64,000 bases of DNA from Arcobacteraceae bacterium (lineage in GTDB: Bacteria > Campylobacterota > Campylobacteria > Campylobacterales > Arcobacteraceae). Positions 42,474 through 50,567 of the stretch are shown here, in pieces. Every line of letters starts with the position of its first letter. The stretch's first letter is position 1. The notes beneath the pieces are model-generated. The model saw only the letters and a list, made by a program, of their open reading frames with translations. It had not been told where the DNA came from and made no database searches. A program made the position numbers and the translations under genes. The stretch is taken from assembly GCA_965224485.1 (NCBI GenBank), contig CBDCZH010000010.1, positions 454,958 to 518,957 on the forward strand, given 5' to 3'.

Positions 42474-42899
42474 ATGTCAAAACAGATTAATTCAACAATT
42501 ATATTATTATGTTTCTTACTTGCTTTAATTGCAACTCTAGGGAGTCTTTTTTTTAGCGAGATAATGCATTTTGTACCTTGTTCTATGTGTTGGTATCAAA
42601 GAATTTTTATGTATCCTTTGGTTTTAATATTTTTAATAGCATTATTATATCCTGATGATAAAACATTTAAATATGCAATGCCAATTGTAAGTATTGGTTT
42701 ATTTTTTGCAATTTATCATAATTTATTAATGTTTAAAATTATTCCTGAGAAAATTGTTCCTTGTGTACAAGGTGTACCTTGTTCAACTAGATATTTAGAT
42801 ATGGGGTTTATTACTATTCCATTTTTATCATTACTTACATATGCGTTATTATTTGTGTTATTATTTTTAGGAAATAAAGGAAAAAAAGATGAAAAATAA
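42474..42899 (+). CDS. Disulfide bond formation protein (DsbB/BdbC type)
   Basis: PCSMCWYQRI, PC..GVPC; 4 TM. Confidence 0.88.
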   Translation: MSKQINSTIILLCFLLALIATLGSLFFSEIMHFVPCSMCWYQRIFMYPLVLIFLIALLYPDDKTFKYAMPIVSIGLFFAIYHNLLMFKIIPEKIVPCVQGVPCSTRYLDMGFITIPFLSLLTYALLFVLLFLGNKGKKDEK

Positions 42900-43536
42900 A
42901 AAAGTTGTTATATTTTCAATTATATTTTTAATTGGTACTTTTGTACTCGCGAGTGTTTTTTTTAAACAAAATGAAGCTTCAAGTTTAGCCAAACTTTCAA
43001 ATAACGATGGGGCACCTTTTATAAGAGCTCATTCTGCTATTTTTGGTTCAAAAGACAAAAAAGTAACTATAGTTGAATTTTTAGACCCTGAGTGTGAGTC
43101 TTGTAAAGTTTTTCATGGTGCTATTAAAAAAATATACAATGATTACGAAAGTGATACTAGATTAGTAGTTAGATATTTAGCAAATCATCAAAACTCAAAA
43201 TATGCTGTTAAAATTTTGGAAGCATCAAGATTACAAGGTAAATTCAAAGCAACTTTGGATGTAATGTTTTATTATCAAAATATCTGGGCCGCTCATAATA
43301 ATCCAAAACCTATGTTAATTTGGAAGTATTTACCTCAAGTAAGTGGTTTAGATATAAATAAACTAAAAGAAGATGTTTCTAATATTAATATAGATGCCCT
43401 TTTAGCAACAGATAAAGCTGATGCTAAAACACTTGGTGTTACAGGAACTCCTGAGTTTTTTGTAAATGGAAAAAAACTAATGAGATTATCTTATCAAGAT
43501 TTAGATGATTTAGTAGTTTCAGAAATTTATAAGTAG
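42889..43536 (+). CDS. DsbA/BdbD-like thiol-disulfide oxidoreductase
   Basis: EFLDPECESC, GVTGTPEFFVNG. Confidence 0.88.
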   Translation: MKNKKVVIFSIIFLIGTFVLASVFFKQNEASSLAKLSNNDGAPFIRAHSAIFGSKDKKVTIVEFLDPECESCKVFHGAIKKIYNDYESDTRLVVRYLANHQNSKYAVKILEASRLQGKFKATLDVMFYYQNIWAAHNNPKPMLIWKYLPQVSGLDINKLKEDVSNINIDALLATDKADAKTLGVTGTPEFFVNGKKLMRLSYQDLDDLVVSEIYK

Positions 43537-43539
43537 TTT

Positions 43540-44115
43540 ATGATGTTAAATTTTTTAAATAAAAAAATCTCATTCTTTTTACTTACAAGTGTTTTATTAT
43601 TTACAGCTTGTGAAGAAAATGGGCAAGCTATAACAGTAATTGAAGATACGAACGCCTCTTTTAAAGAGTTAAAAGCAAAAATTGATACTACGTATTCTTT
43701 ACTTACAATTGATGGTAAAACTATTCTTATTGATTTAAAAGATAATAAGTTATTATCTAAAGAACTAGAAGGTAAAACAGTTTTACTTAACTTTTGGGCT
43801 ACTTGGTGTCCTCCTTGTATAGAAGAAATGCCAATGTTGAACAAAGTATATGAAGAGTATAAAAAAGATTTTGTAGTTATAGGTATTTTATATGAGAAAA
43901 ATAAAGATAAGGAAGTTTTAAAAGCTTTCATAAAAAAACATAAGATGAAGTTTCCAGTAACTATAAGTGCTGAAAATTTTAGATTGGCTAAAAATATTGG
44001 TAATGTTTCAAGAATTCCAGAATCATTTTTATATGATGAAAATGGTAATTTTATTAAAAAATATGTTGGTGTTATAGATGAAGATGAGCTAAGAAAACAC
44101 TTAGATAAAAAATAA
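43540..44115 (+). CDS. TlpA-family disulfide reductase lipoprotein
   Basis: Lipobox FTAC; NFWATWCPPC. Confidence 0.88.
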   Translation: MMLNFLNKKISFFLLTSVLLFTACEENGQAITVIEDTNASFKELKAKIDTTYSLLTIDGKTILIDLKDNKLLSKELEGKTVLLNFWATWCPPCIEEMPMLNKVYEEYKKDFVVIGILYEKNKDKEVLKAFIKKHKMKFPVTISAENFRLAKNIGNVSRIPESFLYDENGNFIKKYVGVIDEDELRKHLDKK

Positions 44116-44118
44116 GAG

Positions 44119-44409
44119 ATGGAATATTTAGGTACTATTGCAGCTCTTCTTCTACTTTTTGCTATGATTTTTTTTAAACTTGTTTATAAACAAGTGCGTA
44201 TGAATAAAAAAAATGAATCTATAAGTAAGCAAGATATTGTAAATACATACGAAAGTGAAATGAGAACTCTTCTTTTGCATAAAAACAAAGAAGAGTTAAG
44301 TGAACATAAAATACTTTTATTAAAAAAAATAAGTTCGGAACTTCACAGAAATATCTTTTTTGATGAAAAAGAAGCAAAAGAGATTGTAAAATATTTAGCT
44401 TCTTTATAA
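44119..44409 (+). CDS. Hypothetical protein with N-terminal TM
   Basis: Operonic ORF; ELHRNIFFD. Confidence 0.65.
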   Translation: MEYLGTIAALLLLFAMIFFKLVYKQVRMNKKNESISKQDIVNTYESEMRTLLLHKNKEELSEHKILLLKKISSELHRNIFFDEKEAKEIVKYLASL

Positions 44410-44474
44410 GAGTAAGTTACGTAAGCCAAACTTGCGTAACTTATAAACATACAACTTAAAAACCTACCAAGCTA

Positions 44475-45131
44475 TTAACTAAAATCTTTCTTAATCTTCT
44501 TATCTTTCTTGATCTTCTTATTTTTCTTAACTTTTTTCTTATCTTCAATTACCTCAAGATCATAAATCTCTTCTTCTTTAACTTCTAAGAGCTTATTTAC
44601 ATCTTTAAGACTAGAATCACCTAATGTTTGTAAGAGCTTATTCTCTTGCTCTAAGCTTAGTTTTTGACCTGCTATCGTATCACATATTTTATTTGTGATT
44701 AAGATTTTTACTTGATTCTCTTTATCTTTAAAATATTTTTCTAAATTATCTTCATAAGCTCTTAGCTTATCTTTTCTTCTATTATTAAAATATATAAAAA
44801 ATGCTATAAAAACTAAAGCAGATATAACACATGCTAATAAGATATAAAACTTTAGCATATTATTCTCTTCTTGTATTTTTTGTAAACTTAGTTTTATTTG
44901 ATTATTTTGTATTTCTCTTGTATTAATCAATTCTTCTTTTTGTAGACTTGTTTTTATTTTTGCTAGTTCTAATTCTTTATGTACTTGAAGTTTGTCTTTT
45001 TCTTGGGCTATTTTTGCACTAAGTTCTTGTTTCTTTAAATTATTTTGCTCTTTTGTATTTCCAAAAGGAGATTGTAATTCACAAGAAGTAAAAAATATTA
45101 TGCTAATAAGTATTATAAGTAGATTTTTCAA
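44475..45131 (-). CDS. Hypothetical coiled-coil membrane lipoprotein
   Basis: Lipobox-like FTSC, coiled coil, one TM, Lys-rich tail. Confidence 0.65.
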   Translation of the reverse strand: MKNLLIILISIIFFTSCELQSPFGNTKEQNNLKKQELSAKIAQEKDKLQVHKELELAKIKTSLQKEELINTREIQNNQIKLSLQKIQEENNMLKFYILLACVISALVFIAFFIYFNNRRKDKLRAYEDNLEKYFKDKENQVKILITNKICDTIAGQKLSLEQENKLLQTLGDSSLKDVNKLLEVKEEEIYDLEVIEDKKKVKKNKKIKKDKKIKKDFS

Positions 45132-45335
45132 ATTATTATCCTAAATATGTAAAAATTTTATCTAAAAATCTTTTAAGATATATTTAAATATTGTATTATT
45201 ATAGTTGATTACTCTAAAGATAAAGTAAAATATATCTTTTTTAATTATTTAAAATAATATATATAAAAGATAAAGAATTATTACTTTTTATTAATAATAT
45301 AATTTATATTAAAGCCTTTTAAGATATCATTCTTA

Positions 45336-45779
45336 ATGGATAAAATAGTAAGTAAAAAAGAATTAAAACGAAACTTCTTAGAGCTTTGTAGTATTCTTTC
45401 TAATGAAGAGTCAAAAACTTTAGTACATTTAGAAAATACACAAGATATTGAAAATAAAATATCTCATTTTTGTACTTTAGAATTTCCTATTCAAAAAGTT
45501 TTACTTCTTTACCATAGGTATGCAGGAATTGCTTTTGTTTCAGCAGAGTTTATGAAAAATGCAAAAATTTTTATAAATGAGGCAAAAACTAAATATATCT
45601 TAATAGCATTAAAACAAAAAGATACAGATTTTGTATCAATTGTATACTCAAATGTAGATGAACTTTCACGTTACCCTTCAAGAGCAATAAGCATAAAAGA
45701 AATAATATCTTTTCTAGATGAAGAAGATGTAGAAAAAGCTTTGTTATCTTTCTTTAAAACAAGAAAAACATTTCTCTAA
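45336..45779 (+). CDS. Hypothetical protein
   Basis: 147-aa ORF, no recognised motif. Confidence 0.55.
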   Translation: MDKIVSKKELKRNFLELCSILSNEESKTLVHLENTQDIENKISHFCTLEFPIQKVLLLYHRYAGIAFVSAEFMKNAKIFINEAKTKYILIALKQKDTDFVSIVYSNVDELSRYPSRAISIKEIISFLDEEDVEKALLSFFKTRKTFL

Positions 45780-45920
45780 AATATTCTTTAAATGAAATAA
45801 TTTCTTTTACTTAATAAAGTAAAATATCATAATAAATTAATTATATAATTTGTAAGTCTAAAAGTATATATGATTGCTTATGTAGATAAAAATATGTAAA
45901 TGAAGTTTTGATTTTGTATA

Positions 45921-46007
45921 TGGTGCGAATGGTGAGAATCGAACTCACACTCCGAAACCGGAATGGGATTTTAAGTCCCACGCGTCTACCTATTCCGCCA
46001 CACTCGC
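45921..46007 (-). tRNA. tRNA-Leu(TAA)
   Basis: GCGAGTGTGGCGGAATAGGTAGACGCGTGGGACTTAAAATCCC...GTTCGATTC...CACCA, long variable arm. Confidence 0.95.
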
Positions 46008-46033
46008 ACATATAACAATAAAAAGTAATAAAG

Positions 46034-46109
46034 TGGTGGCGCGGGGCGGAATCGAACCGTCGACACAAGGATTTTCAGTCCTTTGCTCTACCGACTGAGC
46101 TACCGAGCC
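46034..46109 (-). tRNA. tRNA-Phe(GAA)
   Basis: GGCTCGGTAGCTCAGTCGGTAGAGCAAAGGACTGAAAATCC...GTTCGATTCC...CCA, 76 nt. Confidence 0.96.
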
Positions 46110-46121
46110 ATACTTTAAAAA

Positions 46122-46206
46122 TGGTGGGGAGAGAAGGACTCGAACCTTCGAAGCCTGAGGCGAGGGATTTACAATCCCTTGGATTTGACCACTCTCCAAC
46201 CTCCCC
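46122..46206 (-). tRNA. tRNA-Tyr(GTA)
   Basis: GGGGAGGTTGGAGAGTGGTCAAATCCAAGGGATTGTAAATCCC...GGTTCGAGTCC...CCA. Confidence 0.95.
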
Positions 46207-46216
46207 ATTGGGTAAA

Positions 46217-46263
46217 ATTGGTTGCGGAAACAGGATTTGAACCTGTGACCTACGGGTTATGAG
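46217..46263. repeat. att direct repeat (duplicated 3' part of tRNA-fMet)
   Basis: attggttgcggaaacaggatttgaacctgtgacctacgggttatgag identical to 59998-60044 (47 bp). Confidence 0.97.
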
Positions 46264-46743
46264 AACTAACGTCGCATTTAACCAAGGTCGAGATTATAGG
46301 CAATCAAAAATTAAAGATTACTTAAATTAGCGTTACAAGTTGGTTTTTTTTATAATTTCTTAAAACTTGTGATTCTGTCGTGTACCGATTAACTTTTTCA
46401 AACTTTTAAACATACCTCTAGAGCCTATTTTATAGGAGCGTTTCTTGGAGTAGCTCATAGGGTAGCTCTAAGAAATATTTAAGAATTGAAATTTTATATA
46501 TTTTTCGTTATTTTATTAATTTTTGTTGTGATTTAACAGGTTAGATTAAATGTGAGTGATCTGTATATTAATTGTGATTCTGCTGCATTAAATATTGTGA
46601 GTGATTTAGTGATTTATAGTATGAATTTATATCTTATTATGATTTCTTTTTTTCCGTTTCTTTCATATAGTTCTTGATTTGATTTTATTATTGCATTTTT
46701 ATAGCTTCATTTTATTTTAATTATCTGCTTCGGAAGTATTTTA

Positions 46744-47175
46744 TTATTCTCTTTCTATTTGTGTATCTTTTATATCATTAATGAAAATTGCAATTAATGG
46801 AAATAAAAACAGAGTTATAACCCATATTGTTTTATCACTTGATTTCTTAAAATTACCTGATAATGTAGATATTAATGAATATACCCATAATAATATAAAC
46901 ATACTAATACATAGTACTGCTGTTATCTTTCCTCTTTCAGATATTATATATCCATATTTTGTAGTAAAATTAATACTGTTGTAAATAAAAAATAATAATG
47001 TAGTAAAAGAAAAGAAGAATATAAATGTTGATATTGGTGAATATGCTTTTTTATAGTTTAATATTTCAATTTCATTTTTAATTATATTATCTCTATATAT
47101 TTCTGCTTCATTTTTTTTTGTTATCTTATCACTTTCATATAATGTTTCAAATTTTATTTTTTCATGTTCTTTCAT
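46744..47175 (-). CDS. Membrane protein (3 TM) following the repressor on the same strand; possible exclusion/moron gene
   Basis: Hydrophobic segments; AAGGA RBS; starts 11 bp after the cI stop. Confidence 0.6.
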   Translation of the reverse strand: MKEHEKIKFETLYESDKITKKNEAEIYRDNIIKNEIEILNYKKAYSPISTFIFFFSFTTLLFFIYNSINFTTKYGYIISERGKITAVLCISMFILLWVYSLISTLSGNFKKSSDKTIWVITLFLFPLIAIFINDIKDTQIERE

Positions 47176-47186
47176 TTTTGTCCTTT

Positions 47187-47516
47187 TTATTTTTCTTGTT
47201 TCAGAATTTCAGATTTTAATAAGTGGTAGTATAATTCTTGATTTTTTTCATTTAGTTTTTCTATGTTTTTGATATTTTCTTCTTTAAAATTGAGATTTAT
47301 AATCTCTTTTTGTTCTTTTTTGCCCTTTAGTATATATTTAATATTGATATTCTTTTCAAAACATATTGTTGTTAATAATTCGTATGGAATTTTATTTCTA
47401 TTTTTCCAATTGCTAAAAGTTCCTTGACTAACTCCCATATAATCATACATTTCTTTATCACTTGTAATGTTTAGTTTTTCTTTTAATCTTAACATTACTT
47501 CTTCAAATAAATACAA
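47187..47516 (-). CDS. Phage CI-type repressor (186/P2-like HTH)
   Basis: RLKEKLNITSDKEMYDYMGVSQGTFSNWKNRNKIPY...YILKG. Confidence 0.85.
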   Translation of the reverse strand: MYLFEEVMLRLKEKLNITSDKEMYDYMGVSQGTFSNWKNRNKIPYELLTTICFEKNINIKYILKGKKEQKEIINLNFKEENIKNIEKLNEKNQELYYHLLKSEILKQEK

Positions 47517-47580
47517 AATGATACACTCCTCTTGACAATAACAACATTTTGTTGTATTGTTTCATATCGCAAAACAAAAT
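47513..47580 (+). promoter_or_regulatory. Divergent switch region: sigma70 promoter with overlapping operator
   Basis: TTGACA (47532)-17 bp-TATTGT (47555); near-palindrome acaataacaacattttgttgtattgt; ACAAAATG/CATTTTGT boxes. Confidence 0.65.
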
Positions 47581-47593
47581 AAAAGGGTTTACA

Positions 47594-47872
47594 ATGTGTA
47601 AAGACACCTCTATAACCAATAATTATAACAAAACAAAGGAAAATAGCAAAATTGCAACTTATCCTTTAAATAGTAAAGTTCCTATTAAATTCTCTCATGC
47701 AATAGTTCGAACTTCTAATAATAAAGAATATAAAGTTTTAATTCTTAATGATTCTTGCTTTTATATAAAAATTAAATGGATTAATTGTGATTTGATTATT
47801 CCTTACTCTACCATGTCATATAAACTTTCAAAATCTTTATCATTAAAATTAATAGGTTTTACAAATGAGTAA
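47594..47872 (+). CDS. Hypothetical protein, first gene of the rightward operon
   Basis: ATG 47594 after AAGGG; overlaps the next gene. Confidence 0.45.
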   Translation: MCKDTSITNNYNKTKENSKIATYPLNSKVPIKFSHAIVRTSNNKEYKVLILNDSCFYIKIKWINCDLIIPYSTMSYKLSKSLSLKLIGFTNE

Positions 47873-48356
47873 AATATTAAAAGATGATAAGTTTTTAAAT
47901 ATCCTTAAACTAGCTTTTATTTCTTTTGAAAAAGACAATAACTTACCTCGTGGTGAAATCAGAAAAGAAATATCAAAAGATTTAGGTTTTTCAACTGTTG
48001 CACAATTCAATAAAATATTTGATATTTTTGAAGATAGATACTTAAAACTTGATGAACTTTTCATAATTATAAATACTCTTGATATTAAACAACAAAAAAT
48101 GATTTTAGATTATGTTAATAAAAAGTTTAATTTTATTTGTACATATAACGCTAATGATAATAATTCTATTAATAATATAGATAACTCAATGTTTAATATA
48201 AATGCTTTAATTGGTTCTTTAAATCAAGAATATTTAATAGCTAAAGAAGATAACAACTTAACAGAATTTGAAATAAATGAACTTGTAGATAAATCATATT
48301 TAGCTAGACAAGCTTTAATTAACAATGAAAATAAATTAAAAAGTTTAATTAAATGA
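47865..48356 (+). CDS. Phage regulatory protein, CII (186/CP76)-like
   Basis: N-terminal HTH-like segment; ILDYVNKKFNFIC and IAKEDNNLTEFEINEL patterns. Confidence 0.6.
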   Translation: MSKILKDDKFLNILKLAFISFEKDNNLPRGEIRKEISKDLGFSTVAQFNKIFDIFEDRYLKLDELFIIINTLDIKQQKMILDYVNKKFNFICTYNANDNNSINNIDNSMFNINALIGSLNQEYLIAKEDNNLTEFEINELVDKSYLARQALINNENKLKSLIK

Positions 48357-49474
48357 AAAATAAATTAATATCTACTTCTATACCTAACCTTTTAAAGTAT
48401 ATAGATACAAATTCAGAGATTACTTATTATGCAAGATTTAGAAGAAATAATAAAGAACATAAATGTAAACTAGCTAATGATTTTGATGAAGCTAGAAAAC
48501 TTTTAATTACTATAAAACAAGATGAGAAACTTGGAATTTCAATAGTAGATAGTTTTAAAAAAATAAAAATAGTTAATAAAGAAAAAAAAGTATTTACTTA
48601 CAATGATTTGTTTAAAGAATATATACATGTATATCTTCCAATTCATTCAGCTAAAGAAATTAAAACTAAACGCTATTATTTTAAAAATCATATTATGAAT
48701 AGAATTGGCTCTTTACCTATTTCTAAAATTATACATGCAAATTGTCAAATAATTATAAATGATGTTTTGTCTAAAGGTTTAAAACCAAAAACAGCTAAAA
48801 ATATAAAAGCAAATATGCAAGCAGTTTTTAATTATGCAATTATAAATCAATATATAACTTATAATCCGGCTCAATTAGTTTTAATTCCGGCTTTTGATAA
48901 CAAAGTAGATCTACAACTTACTACTAAAGAATGTAAAGATTTAGTTCATACAATTTTAACATTAGATAATCAAATGTATAGATTAATATTTTTATTTGCT
49001 TTACATGGTAGAAGATTATCAGAGATACTTAAAATGCAATGGTATCAAATAGACTTTATTAAAGAACTCTATACTCTTCCGGCTCAAAAAAATAAAGCAA
49101 AAAAAACTCAATCACATTCTTTTACTAATCTTTTAGAAAATGAACTACTTAATTATCATGAAAAAATATTAAATAAAGATAGCTATTTATTTATCAATAA
49201 AAATACAAATAAGCCTTTTGTAGATATTTCAAAAACATTTAAAAGATTAAAAGAAAATGCAGAATTAGAAAATAAATTTAGATTCCATGATTTTAGACAT
49301 TTACTCGCAACCATTGGATTAAATAATTGTGATATTTCAATAGAAAAAATATCTCATGCACTAGGTCATAGTTCCATAGCTGTAACTGAATCAAGATATG
49401 TAACTAAAAAAGCTATTACCTCAAAAGATGTGGTAACAAGTGTTTTAAAAGAATTAAATAAAAGGGATTTATAA
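48353..49474 (+). CDS. int: Tyrosine recombinase/integrase
   Basis: HGRRLSEIL (R), KNK (K), FHDFRH (HxxR), LGHS (H), SRY (Y); N-terminal YYARFR arm domain. Confidence 0.93.
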   Translation: MKNKLISTSIPNLLKYIDTNSEITYYARFRRNNKEHKCKLANDFDEARKLLITIKQDEKLGISIVDSFKKIKIVNKEKKVFTYNDLFKEYIHVYLPIHSAKEIKTKRYYFKNHIMNRIGSLPISKIIHANCQIIINDVLSKGLKPKTAKNIKANMQAVFNYAIINQYITYNPAQLVLIPAFDNKVDLQLTTKECKDLVHTILTLDNQMYRLIFLFALHGRRLSEILKMQWYQIDFIKELYTLPAQKNKAKKTQSHSFTNLLENELLNYHEKILNKDSYLFINKNTNKPFVDISKTFKRLKENAELENKFRFHDFRHLLATIGLNNCDISIEKISHALGHSSIAVTESRYVTKKAITSKDVVTSVLKELNKRDL

Positions 49475-49480
49475 ATATTG

Positions 49481-49692
49481 ACATAAGTTCACTAATTGTT
49501 AATGCGTGTTTGTTTTTGCGAATTTTAACTCTTGGCATAGTAACAATAGTGAACTTTATGTGAGTATTTACTCAAGCAATGTTTTAAATATAGTTTTTTG
49601 AACAACCGTAGGGCGTTAGTAAGCGTTCCCTTAATCTATCAACTATATTTTAGTTTTTCTATGACGCGTTTCTATAGTGAGGGCGTAGCCCG
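49481..49692. other. Highly structured intergenic region (candidate single-strand origin, packaging signal or ncRNA)
   Basis: Long imperfect stem 49481-49561, tgagta-tt-tactca 49561-49574, GGGC-GTA-GCCC 49681-49691. Confidence 0.5.
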
Positions 49693-49707
49693 ATTTCAAG
49701 GAATTTT

Positions 49708-50016
49708 ATGAAAAAAGATAGATTTGGTTTTACTGCTGTACTTTTTAAAGAAGAACAATTGTATAAGCAAAACTTTAATCTTTATGTTTCTTTCTTCTAT
49801 TCAACTCTAGGAACTAAGCAACTAAAAGAAACTGATTTATTTATCTTAGATAAAAGTAAAAGTTATGAGTCTAATCTTGATTGTTTAAAGATAAGACATG
49901 TTTTTCCTAATTATCTTTTAAGCATTTATGTTTACACAGATAATAAAAAAAAGATACCTCTTGAATATCAAGTTGTACCAAAAGAAAAACAAAAACAATT
50001 AAGCTTATTTGATTAA
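49708..50016 (+). CDS. Hypothetical protein
   Basis: AAGGA RBS; ends in QLSLF, a beta-clamp-binding consensus. Confidence 0.6.
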   Translation: MKKDRFGFTAVLFKEEQLYKQNFNLYVSFFYSTLGTKQLKETDLFILDKSKSYESNLDCLKIRHVFPNYLLSIYVYTDNKKKIPLEYQVVPKEKQKQLSLFD

Positions 50017-50119
50017 AAGCTAATTGTTACCAACTATATAATTTTTATATAAATCTTGTCAATTAACAAGGTTTATACAAGGATTAAACACCCTAATAAA
50101 AATAACAAGGATTTATATT

Positions 50120-50512
50120 ATGTCAAAAGCATTAACAGTGGAAGAGCAAATAGCTCAAGCAGTTGCTAAACAAAACAATGAGTTAGCATTAAAACAAGAA
50201 CAAAGAGAAGAGAATAAGTTTTCTTTAGGTGCAAGAATTATTGCTAAAGATATTATTCAAGGTTCTCCAATTATGGATAAATCAACTAATCAACAAAAAT
50301 TAGATGCACTTGGTGAACCTGCTTGTTATCCAAATAAATTTAAATTAACAGTTCAGTTTATGGGTGCTGAATTACAATCTGAAGTTAAACAAGATTTATA
50401 TGATTCTGTTGAAGAAATGCGTACTTATTATTGTGAGGGTTATATCGGTGAAGTTAAAAAGTATGGTTCTTCATTCATAGAGCCAATTTTCAGAAAATTT
50501 ACAACAATCTAA
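50120..50512 (+). CDS. Putative single-stranded DNA-binding protein
   Basis: Size, beta-rich C-terminal half (FKLTVQFMG...TYYCEGYIG) and position directly before the RCR rep. Confidence 0.5.
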   Translation: MSKALTVEEQIAQAVAKQNNELALKQEQREENKFSLGARIIAKDIIQGSPIMDKSTNQQKLDALGEPACYPNKFKLTVQFMGAELQSEVKQDLYDSVEEMRTYYCEGYIGEVKKYGSSFIEPIFRKFTTI

Positions 50513-50538
50513 TACAAATATATCAGTTTGGGGTTTGT

Positions 50539-50562
50539 CCCCTTGCTGGATTAACAAGGGGG
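50539..50562 (+). other. Candidate double-strand origin (nick-site hairpin)
   Basis: CCCCTTG-CTGGATTAA-CAAGGGG(G) directly 5' of rep; resembles the CCCC..CTAACAGGGG nick hairpins of Rep_trans/MOBT proteins. Confidence 0.65.
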
Positions 50563-50567
50563 TCCAA

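Noticed and set aside
45841..46208. Two minus-strand ORFs (75 and 72 aa)
   Set aside because: They are translations of the tRNA-Leu, -Phe and -Tyr genes
46219..46263. Second tRNA-Met gene
   Set aside because: Only the 3' 45 nt are present; it is the att duplication
46440..46620. GTAGCTC x2 and TGTGAGTGAT x2 as integrase arm sites
   Set aside because: Plausible, but short and with no matching copies found at the other end of the element
48353..49474. Integrase as the IntI for the cassette array
   Set aside because: It is 30 kb away inside the tRNA-integrated element, has an arm-binding N-terminus and shows no IntI-specific insertion that I can see
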